From: Tubulanus polymorphus
Lineage: Eukaryota; Animalia; Nemertea
Length of the DNA: 64,000 nucleotides
Direction of reading: 5' to 3'
Assembly (NCBI RefSeq): GCF_964204645.1
Contig: NC_134026.1
Coordinates: 28,554,150-28,618,149, forward strand
The notes under the pieces are model-generated. The model was not told the DNA's origin, did no database searches, and saw only the letters and a program-made list of their open reading frames with translations. Made by a program: the position numbers and the translations under genes. Shown piece by piece: positions 37,199 through 52,100 of the stretch (its first letter is position 1; each line of letters begins with the position of its first letter).

Positions 37199-40100
37199 CT
37201 ATTTCCAAGGATCTGTAAGAGGATCGGAAAATGGTCGGCCTCCGATGATAGGTGGATCAGATAAATCTTGTAATGGTGGATCCAGTGCCTTGTCGCTACT
37301 AAATGATGACTTAGAAAGTGACTTCGTAACAGAGCGGAATTCTTGTTCGTACTCGCAAATGTTCGTAGTTTCATTTGGAGCAGGTGGGAAACCGTTAGGG
37401 GGCAGCACCTTTTCTGGGGATTCGTCGAGGTCCTCGTATTCGAAACGGCCGCGACCCTGGCGCCACCTACGCAGTAATGGTATAATGGCAAATGCTATAG
37501 TTCCTACAGTGTAAACACCACCAGTGACGTAAAACACATCGTCATAATTACGTCGCATATCATACACTAAACCTGAAAAATAAGAAAAAGATATACAACG
37601 ATTACAAATCACTCTGTGGTTATAAGTTGCTAGATTGCCAAGAGTCAATAAATCACTAGAAACTGCAGACCGTTCATCTGTCCGGAAATTGAACAATCTC
37701 CTGTGTTTTTCAACTTGGAAACGATCTACGAACATATATTGTGAGGGGGTGGCCTAGCCATAATATTTCCATAAATCTACCCTTGTACAAGTGACAAAAA
37801 TTCCGCCTGATTCGAAAAAAGAGATTTCGACGAGATCAAAATTCATTACACTGTGACCAGTATGAACCAGGCCGACGAGGGACACATGTATCAATGTGGC
37901 TAATAATGATCAACGTCTCAGCGCAAAGTTCGCGCGCAACGAAACAAATGAGATTTTATGAATATTTAATGAGAACAAGTCGGGGGGATACCATCGGTAT
38001 CAATACGTCATCGACAAGGAAGGACTGACTCCTCTCGCACTATTCGCAAATTTCAAGAATGCAAAGTATTTTTTAAGCCGAAGTTTCGTAGCATATCACC
38101 GAACAATATCATGTCATAAATGACATTTATTGATGGATTTGGTGGTAGTGATGTTAACGGGTAATGGCATAGGATTATCGTTCTTTTAGCGCCGACTACT
38201 TCCATAATCGGCTTGAATTCATTATCAATGGTTAGAATGAATAATGAATACGATCAACTCTCAAGTAGCACTTTAAAAAACTTTACCCGAAAATAAGGGT
38301 CCGGAGAGTATTCCAATGCCTGACCATAAGTTAGTTACAGACCATGCGACATCAATCGGTAGATTGGTAACCTCACCCGATGCTGCATATGTATATACTA
38401 TATTCAAGCCTAGAAAGGCACCCATCGCTGAAAAAAAGCAATGATTTATTTAGTCGCGTAAGCATCGTTTATTGTAAGTATTTTTAGAAACGGTTTCACA
38501 GTTAGCATAATCAACAGATAGACGAAGCAATTTCGGTGATGCCACTTTTTGCCATAACTCTTTAGTGTAAACTGACGTTGGTTTTGACCAGGGACAGGTG
38601 TAATTGCAGATAACGCGCTAGAAACTATACTCTTGTTACCACTTAGAGCAAGATTTCATGATAAATCACGTACTCCTGATGCTTGATCATGCCATTAATG
38701 TCCGCTTTGTACGTCATTTTGCTTATAAGTGGAATGATATAATTAGAATTCTATGTGACGTGTGGTGGTTTCTATTGCCCCCGAGGTGTTGTCAGACCAA
38801 GTGGCACTACTCGTTATATTTTATTCATTAATCGAGGTGATGGATTGGCCGCTGGAAATATCCTTTTTTTGATACCGATAGCTAAATGTATCACCGCGAT
38901 CCGGACTGACCTATTATGAAACTGTCATTAACCGAGCCATGATGCTAAATAGATACACACATTATCTAGAGAACTAATAAAACCTTGGTATAAATCTCGG
39001 TCCATCCCGATGTCGATCGCTATGTTTTATTTCCGAGCCAGTTTCTTTGGGCAGTTTTCTCACTCAACGCTATTGGACGCGATGGAAAATATGTATATAC
39101 GCGCTTGGTACTTACCGCCAGCTATAACCATTATCAACGTGTAAGTAATGTCTACTGCGGGCCATATGAAACAGATAACTGCCAAAAATGAGCAGGCGAT
39201 GCAGTTAGCAATCACTAAATATCCTTTGAAATAATCGCCCAGGAACGACGCTATAACATAGCTTATACATTCTAGCAGGCTGAGAACTGTCAAGGCGTAA
39301 GACGCATCTTGAGCAGATATGCGTTTCAGTTGCATGTAGGATGCCTAGAAATAAAGAAAAGTTCATCGTGGGATTTTTGCGATGATGAATGCATAAAACA
39401 ATAAACGTTTCGCAAAATTCACCATTCTCAAATCCACTTTCGGCAACTTGTGTTAATATTTTTTCGAATATTATTCATATTTTGGACAAATTAAACATGC
39501 AAAACATCGATTGCAGAAAATTTTATCCGGCGATTTAATTCAGAAGAAACCACTCAAAAGAGAATGAACGTCAGATATCGTCGGAAACAGCAATAAAATA
39601 CTGATAATTTAGTTAGAAATCAGAAATGTTGATGTGTATTATTGGTGTGCAAGACGTTGTTTCAACACGCAATAATCTCATCGGGGATTCGCAATACACA
39701 TTTCAGTGCTGATTACACATCGACACGCGTTCCGTCACATCACACATCGCTGAAAATATCATCATCCCAAACTCAACATATACTAAACATTAATATACAG
39801 TACTTAACATGCAATTGAAATTATTCATCTCCCTAATGAGCCAAGTTTCAAAAACATATTGACGTTATCTATCCTTGAACTAATCAAAATGGATGATTGT
39901 GAATGATTTTATACTATAATCACAATAGCGCGATGGTCTATAATTTGTTCTACGATTCTATTATGTTATCACTCTTAGTATATATTCACGTTTCCACGAG
40001 TTCCCTGCACATACGACGTTTTTTTCGCCTCGTGTGCAGAAACAACACGAAATGAAGCAGATCACGAGAGATCAGTACGGGGCAGTATAGGATGCGTTGT

Positions 40101-43100
40101 TACATATGTTTCGATAATTATCTAAATGGAGGCACTTTCCGTGATTAATCAGCTCGTGATTTGACCGTTAAAAATCCCTGATTATGTGTCATACGATTTA
40201 CCACAGAGACGTGAACAAATTACCAGATTTTTTCTGAATATATACCGCAAAGTTTTTTTTCCCTGTCCTAGGGATAAATATTTAAATAGTTGAATATTTC
40301 TTTGCCATCGAAATTTTCAAAGTTACGAAGTTGCATTTATATTTCTTGTGTCATTTTGCATCGGTTTTCTATAAGATTCTGATTTATTCGCAACTCAATC
40401 TTCAGATCAAAAGAGTCAAAGTGAAACCAGTGACAATTCGAAGCTAACCTCAAGTGAGATGATTTGTTTTTTCGTAAATCAGTAAATTACGAGGTCGACA
40501 AGTTCAGTAATATTCCCGTTTGTGTAAATCAAATAATTTTCATACATTTCTATACAACTAGTCGATCTCGAAGGAATAAACAGACGATGAATGCGGCAAT
40601 TTGCTTCGATGAGTATAAGGTGATAAGTTTTGTTTTCTAAATAGCCCCGTCAAGTCTACGCAGAATGAATGAACATACACCTAGCTCCATATCGACGCTT
40701 ATAATCAGAAACCCATCGGGATTTTTGTTTTGTCGATTACAATTCTTTGATGCGTTTTCTTTCTGGCAAACAAATCTAAGGGATTGTAACGATTTTTCAG
40801 TTCGTTTACTTTCTGGGATTTAATGCTACTCGGTGAAGACTTAGTGTATGGTTTGTCGGTTGGTTAGTTATGGATATGGTAATTATGTCGGTAGCAGTTA
40901 CTGCAGTGATAAGATTTTCTCGGACTGATGACCGCTGTCCATGATAGCGTCCAAAATAACAAACGCGGCCAAACGTCCGAATTGACGATGAGCACTGACC
41001 GCCAAGTACATTAATCATTGGTTTATATTTGACCATCTATCCATCCGAAACAGTAGCGTTTTATGACGATCCTCAAAGATTGTTTTGCAGAATCTCGCCA
41101 CCAAAAATGTACGCATTCTTACGGCGTTTACTAGTGACGGAAATGATAAATTTCGCGCGTATAGTAATCGTCTAAAGAGGAAATCTCATTTTTACCAGTT
41201 CCTTAATTACTTCAACTTCCCGTTTTTGAATTAATGCGTTGCATTAATGCATGGTATTAACGTGAAAATAATGAACTCGAGCTTCCGTAGGAAAAATCTC
41301 TTCTACCGAGTTTGTTTTGTTAACTTATCAGTTTGTTCCTGATAAACTACTTATCCTTATAATCACTGGGGCACACAATAAATCTTAATTAACTCGGCTT
41401 CCCTCGACTGACTGGGATAAAGTGGATAAAGCGCTCGGAGAGTCTTTATTTACACGTCAAAATCGACCGTTCATTTATCCCGACGGCTTCAAGAATTTAA
41501 AAAGACATTTTCTCATTCATTCGACATTTATAGACTGGTTTTCATCATTCGAATACAGATTCCGCCCTCATTCCGGGCAAATGTGCTAGTTTTTCATGAA
41601 AAAAAATTCCTGAAAATGTTTGTAGACTGAAGATGAAGATTTTACGTAGGCGCTGTAAACGTCTAGATCTTCTAAACGGATTATGTTGTATGGTTGATTG
41701 ATGTTTAGCGCGAGTGGCTATACATTCTTGATTCATATAAAAACATCTTCATTTCCTCCTTTAACAATGCGAAAAATAATCAGTTAACTTACGCGCATTT
41801 ACTCAATGGTCGATTAAAAGTAGCGACTCTGGAAATATATGTTACTCTGACAGTTATCTGAGGTCTTTTGAATATCAGTATCGACGTGAACGCAAAATCG
41901 GAAATTGGATCGGTTACCGTGAGAGAAACTGCAACAATATTAATGAGCTAACACAATTCAGACCGAAACGAATAGATAATTAGGTTAAAGGGATAGGCAA
42001 GCCTGGATCTGTTTTTCATAAATTCCGTTTCGAAAATCGTATCATTTACGGTGATATAAACGAAATATCTGATTAAAAATGTTCTTATTATGGATTTTTA
42101 TGACGTCATCCTAAACAAGTCGGTTAAAACACTTTAATAAATGAAGAAACTAGATTATTTGCTTTTGGACTTATTGTAGGTCGATGACGTTCAGAGCATT
42201 GGAAATTTGCAATCGACGAACCGATGAATCGATCATTCTCTGAAGCATAACCAAGCGTGAGATCTTAACAAATCAATGATAAAAAATCTGATCAGTTTTG
42301 ACACCGAGCATCGTAGCTGGCATCAAGTCGACTTTATGATTTACCGATTATAGATTATCAAGACGGTGTTTAGAGATATAAAACGAATAAACCATGCACA
42401 GTATCTCTGATATTTTCCGTATGATTAAACTATAGGTTAATTCAACCGTGATGGTCCTGCTTACGAATTCGACCGGATATACTTCTTCTTTCTGCGGATA
42501 AAATCAGACTTCACGTAGATCACAGTCACTATAGATCTTGTTATGTCTAGATCTAAAACCATGTCTTGATTAAACACCCAGACTTCTCGCCGTAGGGGTG
42601 GATATCTTTTGATTTTGTAATCAGGCAGTCTTTGAAGGGCAGGCTAATGCTTGTGATTTGTGATTCGTATAGTAGATTAACACTGTTACCGTCATTCAAT
42701 CACACGCATTACTAGCGGTGATCTTTATCAAACAAAAGTTATATCATATGATTTCTTGGACGAAATAATTAATCAAGCTTTTCATCTCATTTCTCATCAG
42801 AAATATAGAAATAACGTCTTTGTCGATGACCTTGTCGTGCAAATTGAATACGTATAACACTTTTGAACTTACCAGATTTAGGAATGGCATGAAGAAGCCT
42901 ATATACACGAGAAAGTTCCCGAATAGCCATAAAACTATTTCAGGACGCTGCCTTACTGCCTGTAGGTTACAGGCACTAGCTAATCGATTACACAATAACC
43001 GTAGGTCACAGCAACCAAGTATTCGTTTGAATAATGGTTTTTTAGGGTTTTCATCCGTTTCTACGTTTTGACTGATATCAGTCTGTGACTGTGTTATCTC

Positions 43101-46100
43101 TGATTGAATGTTCGCTTCCATTTGAGCGTTTTTGGAGACGAATGTAGAACAGGTGACTACACCTACTAATAGGATAAGTACACTAGTAGCACGAAACGCT
43201 GCCCTCCAATCGTACGTAGACACCAACCAAGCATTTATTGGGTTGAACAGGAGACTACCTGAAAAAATCAGAAAGAAAAATTATCATTTCACAAATATAG
43301 AAAAACTGTGTTGATCTACTTACGATTGCCTTTTAAAGTCCACCAAACCTCACGTAAGGTTGTGACATATACGAGTGATTTTTAAGAGGATAGATTATAG
43401 TTCTTCCAAGAATAAACGATATAGTTCTTCACTTCACTGTTTGCTTTAAAAATGCGATCTTAAATCTTTCATCAACATCAGCGACAGCCAAGGAGATGCA
43501 GAAGTACAAATGACGTCAGGATGCCTTGGGTAAGGAGCGGGATATATTGAATTTAACATATCTTCCCAGTGCGATGAGTAAACATATATTGTTCGTCGAT
43601 ATAGACAGAACGAACCCTGAAAGTGCTCCATCTATTTACTATCCTCTCGAAGCTCAGTCGCTGCCACTTGAGCGCAGCCAAATTAGGCGAAATGAATTTT
43701 CGAGTGGTGAAAAACTTGTCACCAGGACAAGTAATTAGACTATGATCAGTATGTAGCCATATATATAGCGATAACCATCAGCCATCGCGTGGAACTGAGT
43801 GACGTCAAGTATCGTGTGATACATGTATATGGTTTGTAAAACTCTTGACATGACAAACAGCTCGTCAATAACCGCATCCTTATACCAAACTAAAGCCATA
43901 GAACAACTCTAATAACAAAACTTTTCTATAGATTATTTTCTGAACAACGAAAAGATTAAAAATTATCATCGTTCTTTTATCGTTTATTCCGTGTCTAGAG
44001 GGGTAAAGTTAAGTAGCCCTGATGTTCATCAAATAACTGAAACGGAGAATTTGATTTTGACGAATGCCTCGTGACATAACTACGGATAACATTCTTTGTA
44101 TCGGATAAAGTTTTCTGGCACGAAGGATGTTCTAAACTTATATCAATTGTCCGTAGGCTGATCTTCACACACGGTTAAATTGATCAATTATATGGAATGC
44201 TATTTAGTATTTTGCCGGTAGGTATTTTGGAGTTGTTGCACATGATTTTGAGAAAGACAAAAAGACGAGAATGATTGCTAATAAGTTTAATTATCGTTCG
44301 TTGATCGACGTTATTTTTATTGCCGAATTAGTTTCTGTTTTTCGTGCATAAACTTACCTGGAAATACACTTCATATGCTGATATGAAAACAGATATAACA
44401 CATTTATTGAATGAAATTTTAAAGAAATCTTGCTGAGACAACATATCTCTATAAACGCTAACTTCCATTCTTGTAAAGCCAGTTCTGATGATGTCTACCA
44501 GAACAATAAATTCCCATTTTGCGGACATCACGTGCCTGAATCTAATCATACGGTTTTCCCACCAAATAATTTGACTTTTCCTGATGACGTTGTCATAACA
44601 CATCATCATGCCGGCATGCTGGAGTGTGGAAACCGGAAAATTACCACCTGGTTGTCTGCCTGTATTTATCAAATAAAAATTCTGAATGCGTCGCCAACGC
44701 TCTAGTAAATTATAGACATTTTCAACGAATTTCTCATAAATGTGTCGCCGAAATATCGAGATATCGAGTACATGGATATGAAAAATCTAATATTTGGAAT
44801 TTAGTCGAATATTGCAACTTGACTTGATCTTCGTTCGATCGATTCTACAGTTATTGATTCACGTCTTGCTCGGAATGAAATGATTCAGATTTAGCCTAGA
44901 GTCGGTAAAATTAGGGTCTGAAAATCACGGAGAACCATTAAGTATAGATAAATACAAAGACAGGGTGCTGCGAGAGAACCATTTTTCTCGGTGACTAAGT
45001 CGACGTCAGTTCCCTTGTCGATTTCTGTTTTATGATTATAAATGACGTAAGCTCGATGTAATCTTTACATTACTATTATTGATAGGGAACCGGAAGGTTA
45101 GAGATGGGTTGCTTACGGCATTTAGAATCGTTGCATTCTATTGACGATGGTGATCATCATCCGTCAAGCAACTTTCTGAGGTGATAAGAGTGATAATACC
45201 CCCGTAGCACCGACCATATATAAACCATACAATTCATCATTATGCTGACCTATTCTGACCGTCTTGGGTCATCGATTTGCAGATTCGCATTTTAAAAGCA
45301 ACGCAAGGATACGTGATTTGTTTCAAACATAAAATGCCGATAATTCGATTATTTCTGGAGTATACATATGTAAACGTCATTAGGTCGATGTACATTGAGG
45401 TCAGTTTCGGGGCATATATTCTTACCAGATATTATACAGATTGACGGTGATGCCGCGGAACATTTTCGTCATGTGATCTCTGATAAAAATTGATACCGAG
45501 CTCGGATCCAGTGCTTTATTAGATACAAGATATACGGCATCCAATATTGTTCGACAACTGCCTTGATCGCTTTGTCTCGAACGTTCCTTTCAAATTCCAA
45601 TATGCCATACGTTCTCGAAGAAAGCCTTCATTTTGTCTTCTGTTTGTGGAATATTCTTCTTTCACTGGCAATAAATATTGCGCAGTAGTTTTTATTCACG
45701 ACTTCCACACCGACCACACTGCCAGGCAACCGATGTATGAGATGATGCCCATGATTGCCGACAAAAAACAATTTTCCTTTTCTTTTGTGAATAAATGCAT
45801 TTAAATTCTATTGGATCATGAATAAAGCGTAATCACCTCCAGAGATGCCAGTAATGTTAAGAATCTAAAAGTTACGCGATCTTAGTCCATAAATCTCCTT
45901 CTCAGGTTTTTCACTATAAAATTCCTGGTCAATATATTTTTCGATTATTTCTGAGTTACCAGACAAACATGCCAAAAATGGTTCGTATCAAGTTACTGTC
46001 GTGAGTTTATTATAGCTCGTAAATAGATAAGTACCCTTTACTGGATGAAAACTTTATATATTTCCAGGCCATTAATCAATCTTATTGTGGCCCTTATCTA

Positions 46101-49100
46101 TCTCAATTTACCGACAAATAACGGGCGTTATTGTGTTGTTTTATGTTTGAATAAGAAACTGATGTTTTATTCATTTCTACTGAACAATAACAGTGCAGAA
46201 TATGAATCCGGTTTTACTGAGATTAATCACGATTTGTCGTCACACTATTGCTAAGTCACCACGACATTTTCCACCGATCGCACACCATAAGATTAACCGT
46301 TCGCCGGTGAGATATTCTTTTTAATTACTCGGCGAAGCAATTATGTAACGGACGTGAGTGGATACCCTGAATCTATAGTGCTGGTGATGAAGAGGAACCT
46401 TGATTTGTGACTCGAAGTATGCCTCGAAAAACTTTCGACAAGTTTCTAGAGGTCTACTTCACCTGCGACGAGAACTTTAAAGGAGGACGCTCGAGGAAGA
46501 AATCGTCGATTGAACTTTATTTGTTGGTTGCATTATGATGACGTTCGTGTTACCCGCAACTGAGTAGCGTCAAGTGGTGGTGCTTTGGACTAAATCCCTA
46601 TTTTCGTGTTTCTCTTATCTCTTGCAGTCAGACTAAACACGATATCAGAAACGTCACTAATATCAACCCAGAATGCAAGTCTACAATTCACCGGGGGATT
46701 CTAATAAACACCACTAAATCGATAGGTGATCTTTCCAGGCAGAGAGATACTATTAAAGTTCATTGGTCGAGTTATGAGGTTGAATATTTGAAATCATTTC
46801 GAATATACATACATTTATTGAGAAAAAACTCAATAATATCGTGTTCCTGCTCAAATGTTCATTATACGAATACACCATTTAATCGAAAATATGAAATCCG
46901 ATAGTAAAAGGGCCGTGATTTAATTTACATCATTCCTTTTTATGTTTCTCGGAGTTCGTATCGAATGACATGTTTACGAGATATTTCACGATCGAGAAAG
47001 TGCTACGTTTCAACTGAGAAAAAAAAACGACGATTTGCTCAATAATTACCGACGAAACTGTAATTCATTTAAACGGTTTACAAATGCAATAAACGTGATC
47101 AACAATCTCTTCTGTATAATTAAGCACTTTACAACACGCGGCGTCTTTCGTCAAGTCGTCAACTCGTACCGGTGTTAAATCCCATAAAATCCGTTGGAAG
47201 CAGCCACTTGATATAACATCTTGAGCGGATGTCACCGAGAATAGAGATAAATGACTCGATCGTGGTAGTTAACAGATAACATATTGTTTCAACCGGCAGG
47301 TGGGAGTTAATGCTCTCATAACATCAATAATTCACCGGCAATACCGATAGATACATTGTCATCGTGGTGATGGTTTTGAATCTTAAATCGAATACCGACG
47401 GACAATAAAATGCCCGACCTCGGGTCAGCAGCGCGAGCTGAAATTCTCATAAAAGAGTACTTTATTACCAGCGAGTTGATAGGACCAGATTTAAAATGAA
47501 AGAGTTTCGGAGCAAAACTCGATTCATTACTGAGTGCGTTTGGGTCATGGGATTGATGAGAAAAGTAATCTAATATTCTAAGATTTTCAAAAAAAGAATA
47601 TTAAGGCTTACATTTTATTTTACCCTGATAGTTATTAATGCGCCGAAAATGATGACTAATTTCGTAAAAGAAATTGCCGGTAGCAATGGCGATGGAATTG
47701 TGAATGCGAGGACTGAGGACGGAGGATATGGTGTGGTCTGATAACATTCTCCACACAGATGCTGTAATCGCCCGCTCAAAAGAAGCGTAGCCAACCAGAA
47801 ATCATTAGCAATCGTCAGTGAAAAGCGTACGATCATCTATTAAAGCATTCGACGTTAAAGCGGTGATGATTATAAGCTATCCTGGCTGCTCAGACACGTT
47901 CATAGCGTTTAATTATACATGAAAAGCAATTCCGAAGAGAGAAATCCCATATCTAACTGAAACTACTGAAAAAAATGAATGAGACAGAAAGGTAAGAATG
48001 ATGGGGTTAGACCATTATCTTTATCTAGAGGCAGATCAAGGGGTTGTCTTTCGAGGACACGACTTTTTCGTCAGACAGCGTAAAAACCAATAAATTCAAC
48101 ACTCTTATCCTCTTAGAATTTTTGGGTGCATTTCTTCAAAAGTTTCTAACACCGAGAGGACCCACTTGCGGGCTTCGATGGCCGCATGATGCACCCGCTT
48201 CATCCGAAAACGATACCGTTTCTATTCCAATTTTTCTAGATCTGTCCGTGAATCAGAGTAAGAATATTATACGCGTAGTATTGGGCTTAGCGCGTGTAAG
48301 ATTTTAACATCTGTATCGTTCGTATCCTGCATGTGGTTTTGTTTCCTCCTTAAACTGATTAGAATTTACTACGAAATGCAAGTGACAGGTTGCGAGCTCA
48401 CAACGGAAACTCTGGTGAGTGGCACAACCGGAAATATCTCAAAATTAAAGCACCCTCTTTAAACCCCCACCTACAGTAACGTTATTTAAATATGAATTGA
48501 ATATTTTCGGTATTTCGGGGAGCTCCTCATTATCGGGTATAAGACGTCGATTCTTAAAACTCGTCCGTCAAAATGCGTTAAAACTTTTAAAAGCTGAACG
48601 ATTAGATGATTGATTGATGTGTCAAATCGAGCCATCATGCTTATCAGATTTATGATAAGTCTCTTTCGAAAGTTAGTTCCTGAAATCATCGATAGTTTCA
48701 GACTTGTGGCAAATCATTAGAATATTTCCGCGAATTCGAATTCTCTAGTGCTGTTCTACAGTAGCAATCCTGACGACAATTATATCTGTCCGTTTGTGGA
48801 CCATTGAAACAACACTATATTAATCGAAATTCATTTTCAGCTTTAAAAGATGACAAATATTATTGAACAGTTGATAAAAAAATTATTTCTATTTATGTTT
48901 GTAATTTCTATTTCATTTTTCTCAACGGCGGCGATTTTTCTGCGTGAAATTATAAACATCAATAGAATTTATTTTTCTGTGCGATCTTTTAAAGCAGAAA
49001 ATTAATTTCTACTAAAATGATAATGTTTGTGGGATCTACATAAAAGATGAATATAACTGTAGTCAGGATGTCGCTTGTACTACTTTCACACCGTCTTAAG

Positions 49101-52100
49101 CCATATATTTTATATGTCTAGATATGTAGAATAACGGAATAAAATTGATTGGATTGGTTTGTATTTCTGTCAACGTTTTAATCGCTCAATCGTCGGATAA
49201 GTTCTTTTGCGGCTTTGTGAAAAGTTGATTGGGTCGTTGGTAATTTCCGACTTTCTGTCAGTGATCGTTCCTGACCGATAAACGTGTCATCGTTCTCTCA
49301 GTTCCGGAAACTCGACTCGGAAATCAAACTAACCGAAATTCACAAAGCTTTCTGCTCTCCTGAGTCTCCGACTCATGCGTCCAATGTATTTGTTACCAGT
49401 AGTGAATATAAATAACATGTCCAGTGCGAAAGACATTTTTTCGATCTATCGTCACTGATCAGATATTTCTGAATCATTCTTTCGACAGTAACTTTTTCCG
49501 ACAGTACGATATAGTGATATCACTGTGGTTTCAATTCAGGTCGAGCTTTTCCCAGGGTAAAGGGCATTTACATAAAGTTGAGGATATTTCGGAAAAGCTA
49601 TGTCGTCGGTAGTGAGTGTTCTCATCCTGGGCCTGTGAACATATGATTTTATGTACCGAAGGCAACATAGCATGTTGTAGTCTACTTCATGACACTCTTC
49701 ACAGCCAGTTAGAAATCATATTGACTAGCGGTAAACACGGTATACGGGAAGTTACCTGTCCTGACTTTGATGAGTAGGGGGCAGTTGGTATCGATTGGGA
49801 GGAAGCAACTGACTTGTCAACACGCTCTCATTCTGTTTCACGCGTCCATGTTTACACGTATGTGACTATCAAGTACTATTACGCAACGAGATCAATGTCG
49901 AAATAATACATCTAATGTCATCTGTGTTTTATGAGTTTCATGATTCTCAATTCTGTTTATGGTAACACGAACGTCTGCAGATTCTATTTTTGACATTAAG
50001 AATTTAGGTACCTCAATGGTTTCCAAAAACTCTTTGGCCATAGCCAAGTCCCCACCAGCATCCCGATTAGCAGTATATAAAAGCGCGGAATACATGGCGG
50101 ATCAAAGTAGCGTGCATAGAAAAGTTTTCTATGACACTTATTGGTATGCGAAAGTTGTAACGATTATAACGATAGTTGAATCGACGTCGGTAGTTATCAC
50201 TAAACCATGAACACCCTTCTCCCAGAGTAACAACTGCACTGATGCGTGAACTCTGATAAGGGATACAGCAGAAACTGAGGAGGGGAAATATGATGGATGA
50301 CGGGAAATAAACGGCTATGATAACGTCTGGTTCACCCGATCGATAAATCAAAAAACAATATTCACGTCGGTGTCACAATAGATGTTAGAATTTCAACCAT
50401 TTATATTAGCTTGTTTCTAATTGTCATATTTTGTGACTTCTTAAAAAGTCGGTGCAATCATTTTGATGAAACGCTACTGGAACTAAGGACAAGTGGTAGT
50501 TGGTGATATCTGTACACGATCGCCGACAGACTGCTCGAGCTCAATCTAAAGAAATTCCCTCAATGAGTAAAATGCAAAAATGCACGGTATTCATTTGTTT
50601 AGTTTATGTATTTTTTTGTATGAATCCATACAGTATCATCCGAATGCGCGTATTGCACATGTTAATTGAGTGGCCTTGTGACAACCAGGTATGGCTGAAA
50701 TTGCGTACGGCGGCAATTTCATAAACCACGTGAGTAAATGACCGGTATCCGCAATATTTGTATTTGACCAAAGGCCAGCGGCGATAAACGCATCAGAAAG
50801 TTAAACAGCGCGGACATCGGTACCTTGTTTACAGCTATTATACTCGCTTGACCGCTGTACATAATAACCGTCATAATTTGAGACGCTATTTGCACGGTGC
50901 AATTTCCTACGCGTAACTGTCACTATTTGGTTTCCGACTGAGGCAGCGACACTGTTTAAGTGGTAATTGTTTTATTGGGTTTTATTACGGTTAGCTGAAT
51001 CACGGAGGTGAGAGATAGATAGCAATCACCTCTCGAATTTATGACAACCAACGGCAGATCGCAAAGTCGTCGAATTGCAGATATGATCAATACGATAGCG
51101 GGTTTTATGTAGTCACTTAAGCAGTTAAAAGTTTACTATTCAGTACCAATAATGACACTTCGCCGCACTGTACGTCATACTGTCTGGACCCTTAATGCAA
51201 TCACTTTCACCATTGACGTTTTACTCCCATCGTTAATGACAACCGACTTGATACTGTTGTCAAGTCATTCTTGAATGGGAAAATATTTCACCATGTGGGA
51301 CCCTCAAACGTAACATTATAATTGTTCAACGTTTCTGGTTTCTATAGATAGTGTAATTGGATTCGCCCGATTCTTAATTCACTAACCAATGATCCGTGGA
51401 TCCGAGACCAATGTTATCTTCAGTAACGCTGTAACCATGGGAATGGATGGTCATTTCGCTTAAAGCTTTTTATTTTTTCACGCCATTCGTTTAATGGTGA
51501 AAACTGGGTGCGCAATATTTTTCGCAGAGATGGCGTAACTATCTCTAGTTAACACTTACATGTGAAAAGCTGTTTCCCCGGTGGTTTGGAGAAAACTATG
51601 TTCCAGACGCCTCTGAACGAATACAAATACATACATACAACCATACTCCCGACCATGTATAGTATACCCGCCAACAACGGGACATCACGCAAGCGTATAT
51701 ACATATTTGAAATTCAATTGTTTTTGAAAGTAATATACACGCATAAATGGTTTGCAACTGACCTCCAGTAGATTTACTTACCCACAGGATAACCACAGAG
51801 TAGAATACTCGTGGCAAGAACGTGGTTTTTATGATGTTTGTCGAAATAGTCTCCGATGACCAACGATGACGTCATTAAGGTGAAACTGGACCCTACACCG
51901 TACAAGATGCTGTGAGTGAGGAACATCCATTCTAGAGTTGCTACGAATGACGATGCCAAAGTGCTTACACAGAGTATGATAACTCCCGCAAACGCTACTA
52001 TACGATAGGCTCCAAACCCTATATACCTGATTAGTAGGACGGTGACTGGTGAAAACGATAGTGATACTGTAAACGACAAAGTACCAATCCAATCTGAAAT

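Noticed and set aside
49892-50351. ORF-track ORFs in the large MCT intron as a nested gene or TE protein
   Set aside because: Short, in overlapping frames, with no recognisable domain or consistent exon chain.
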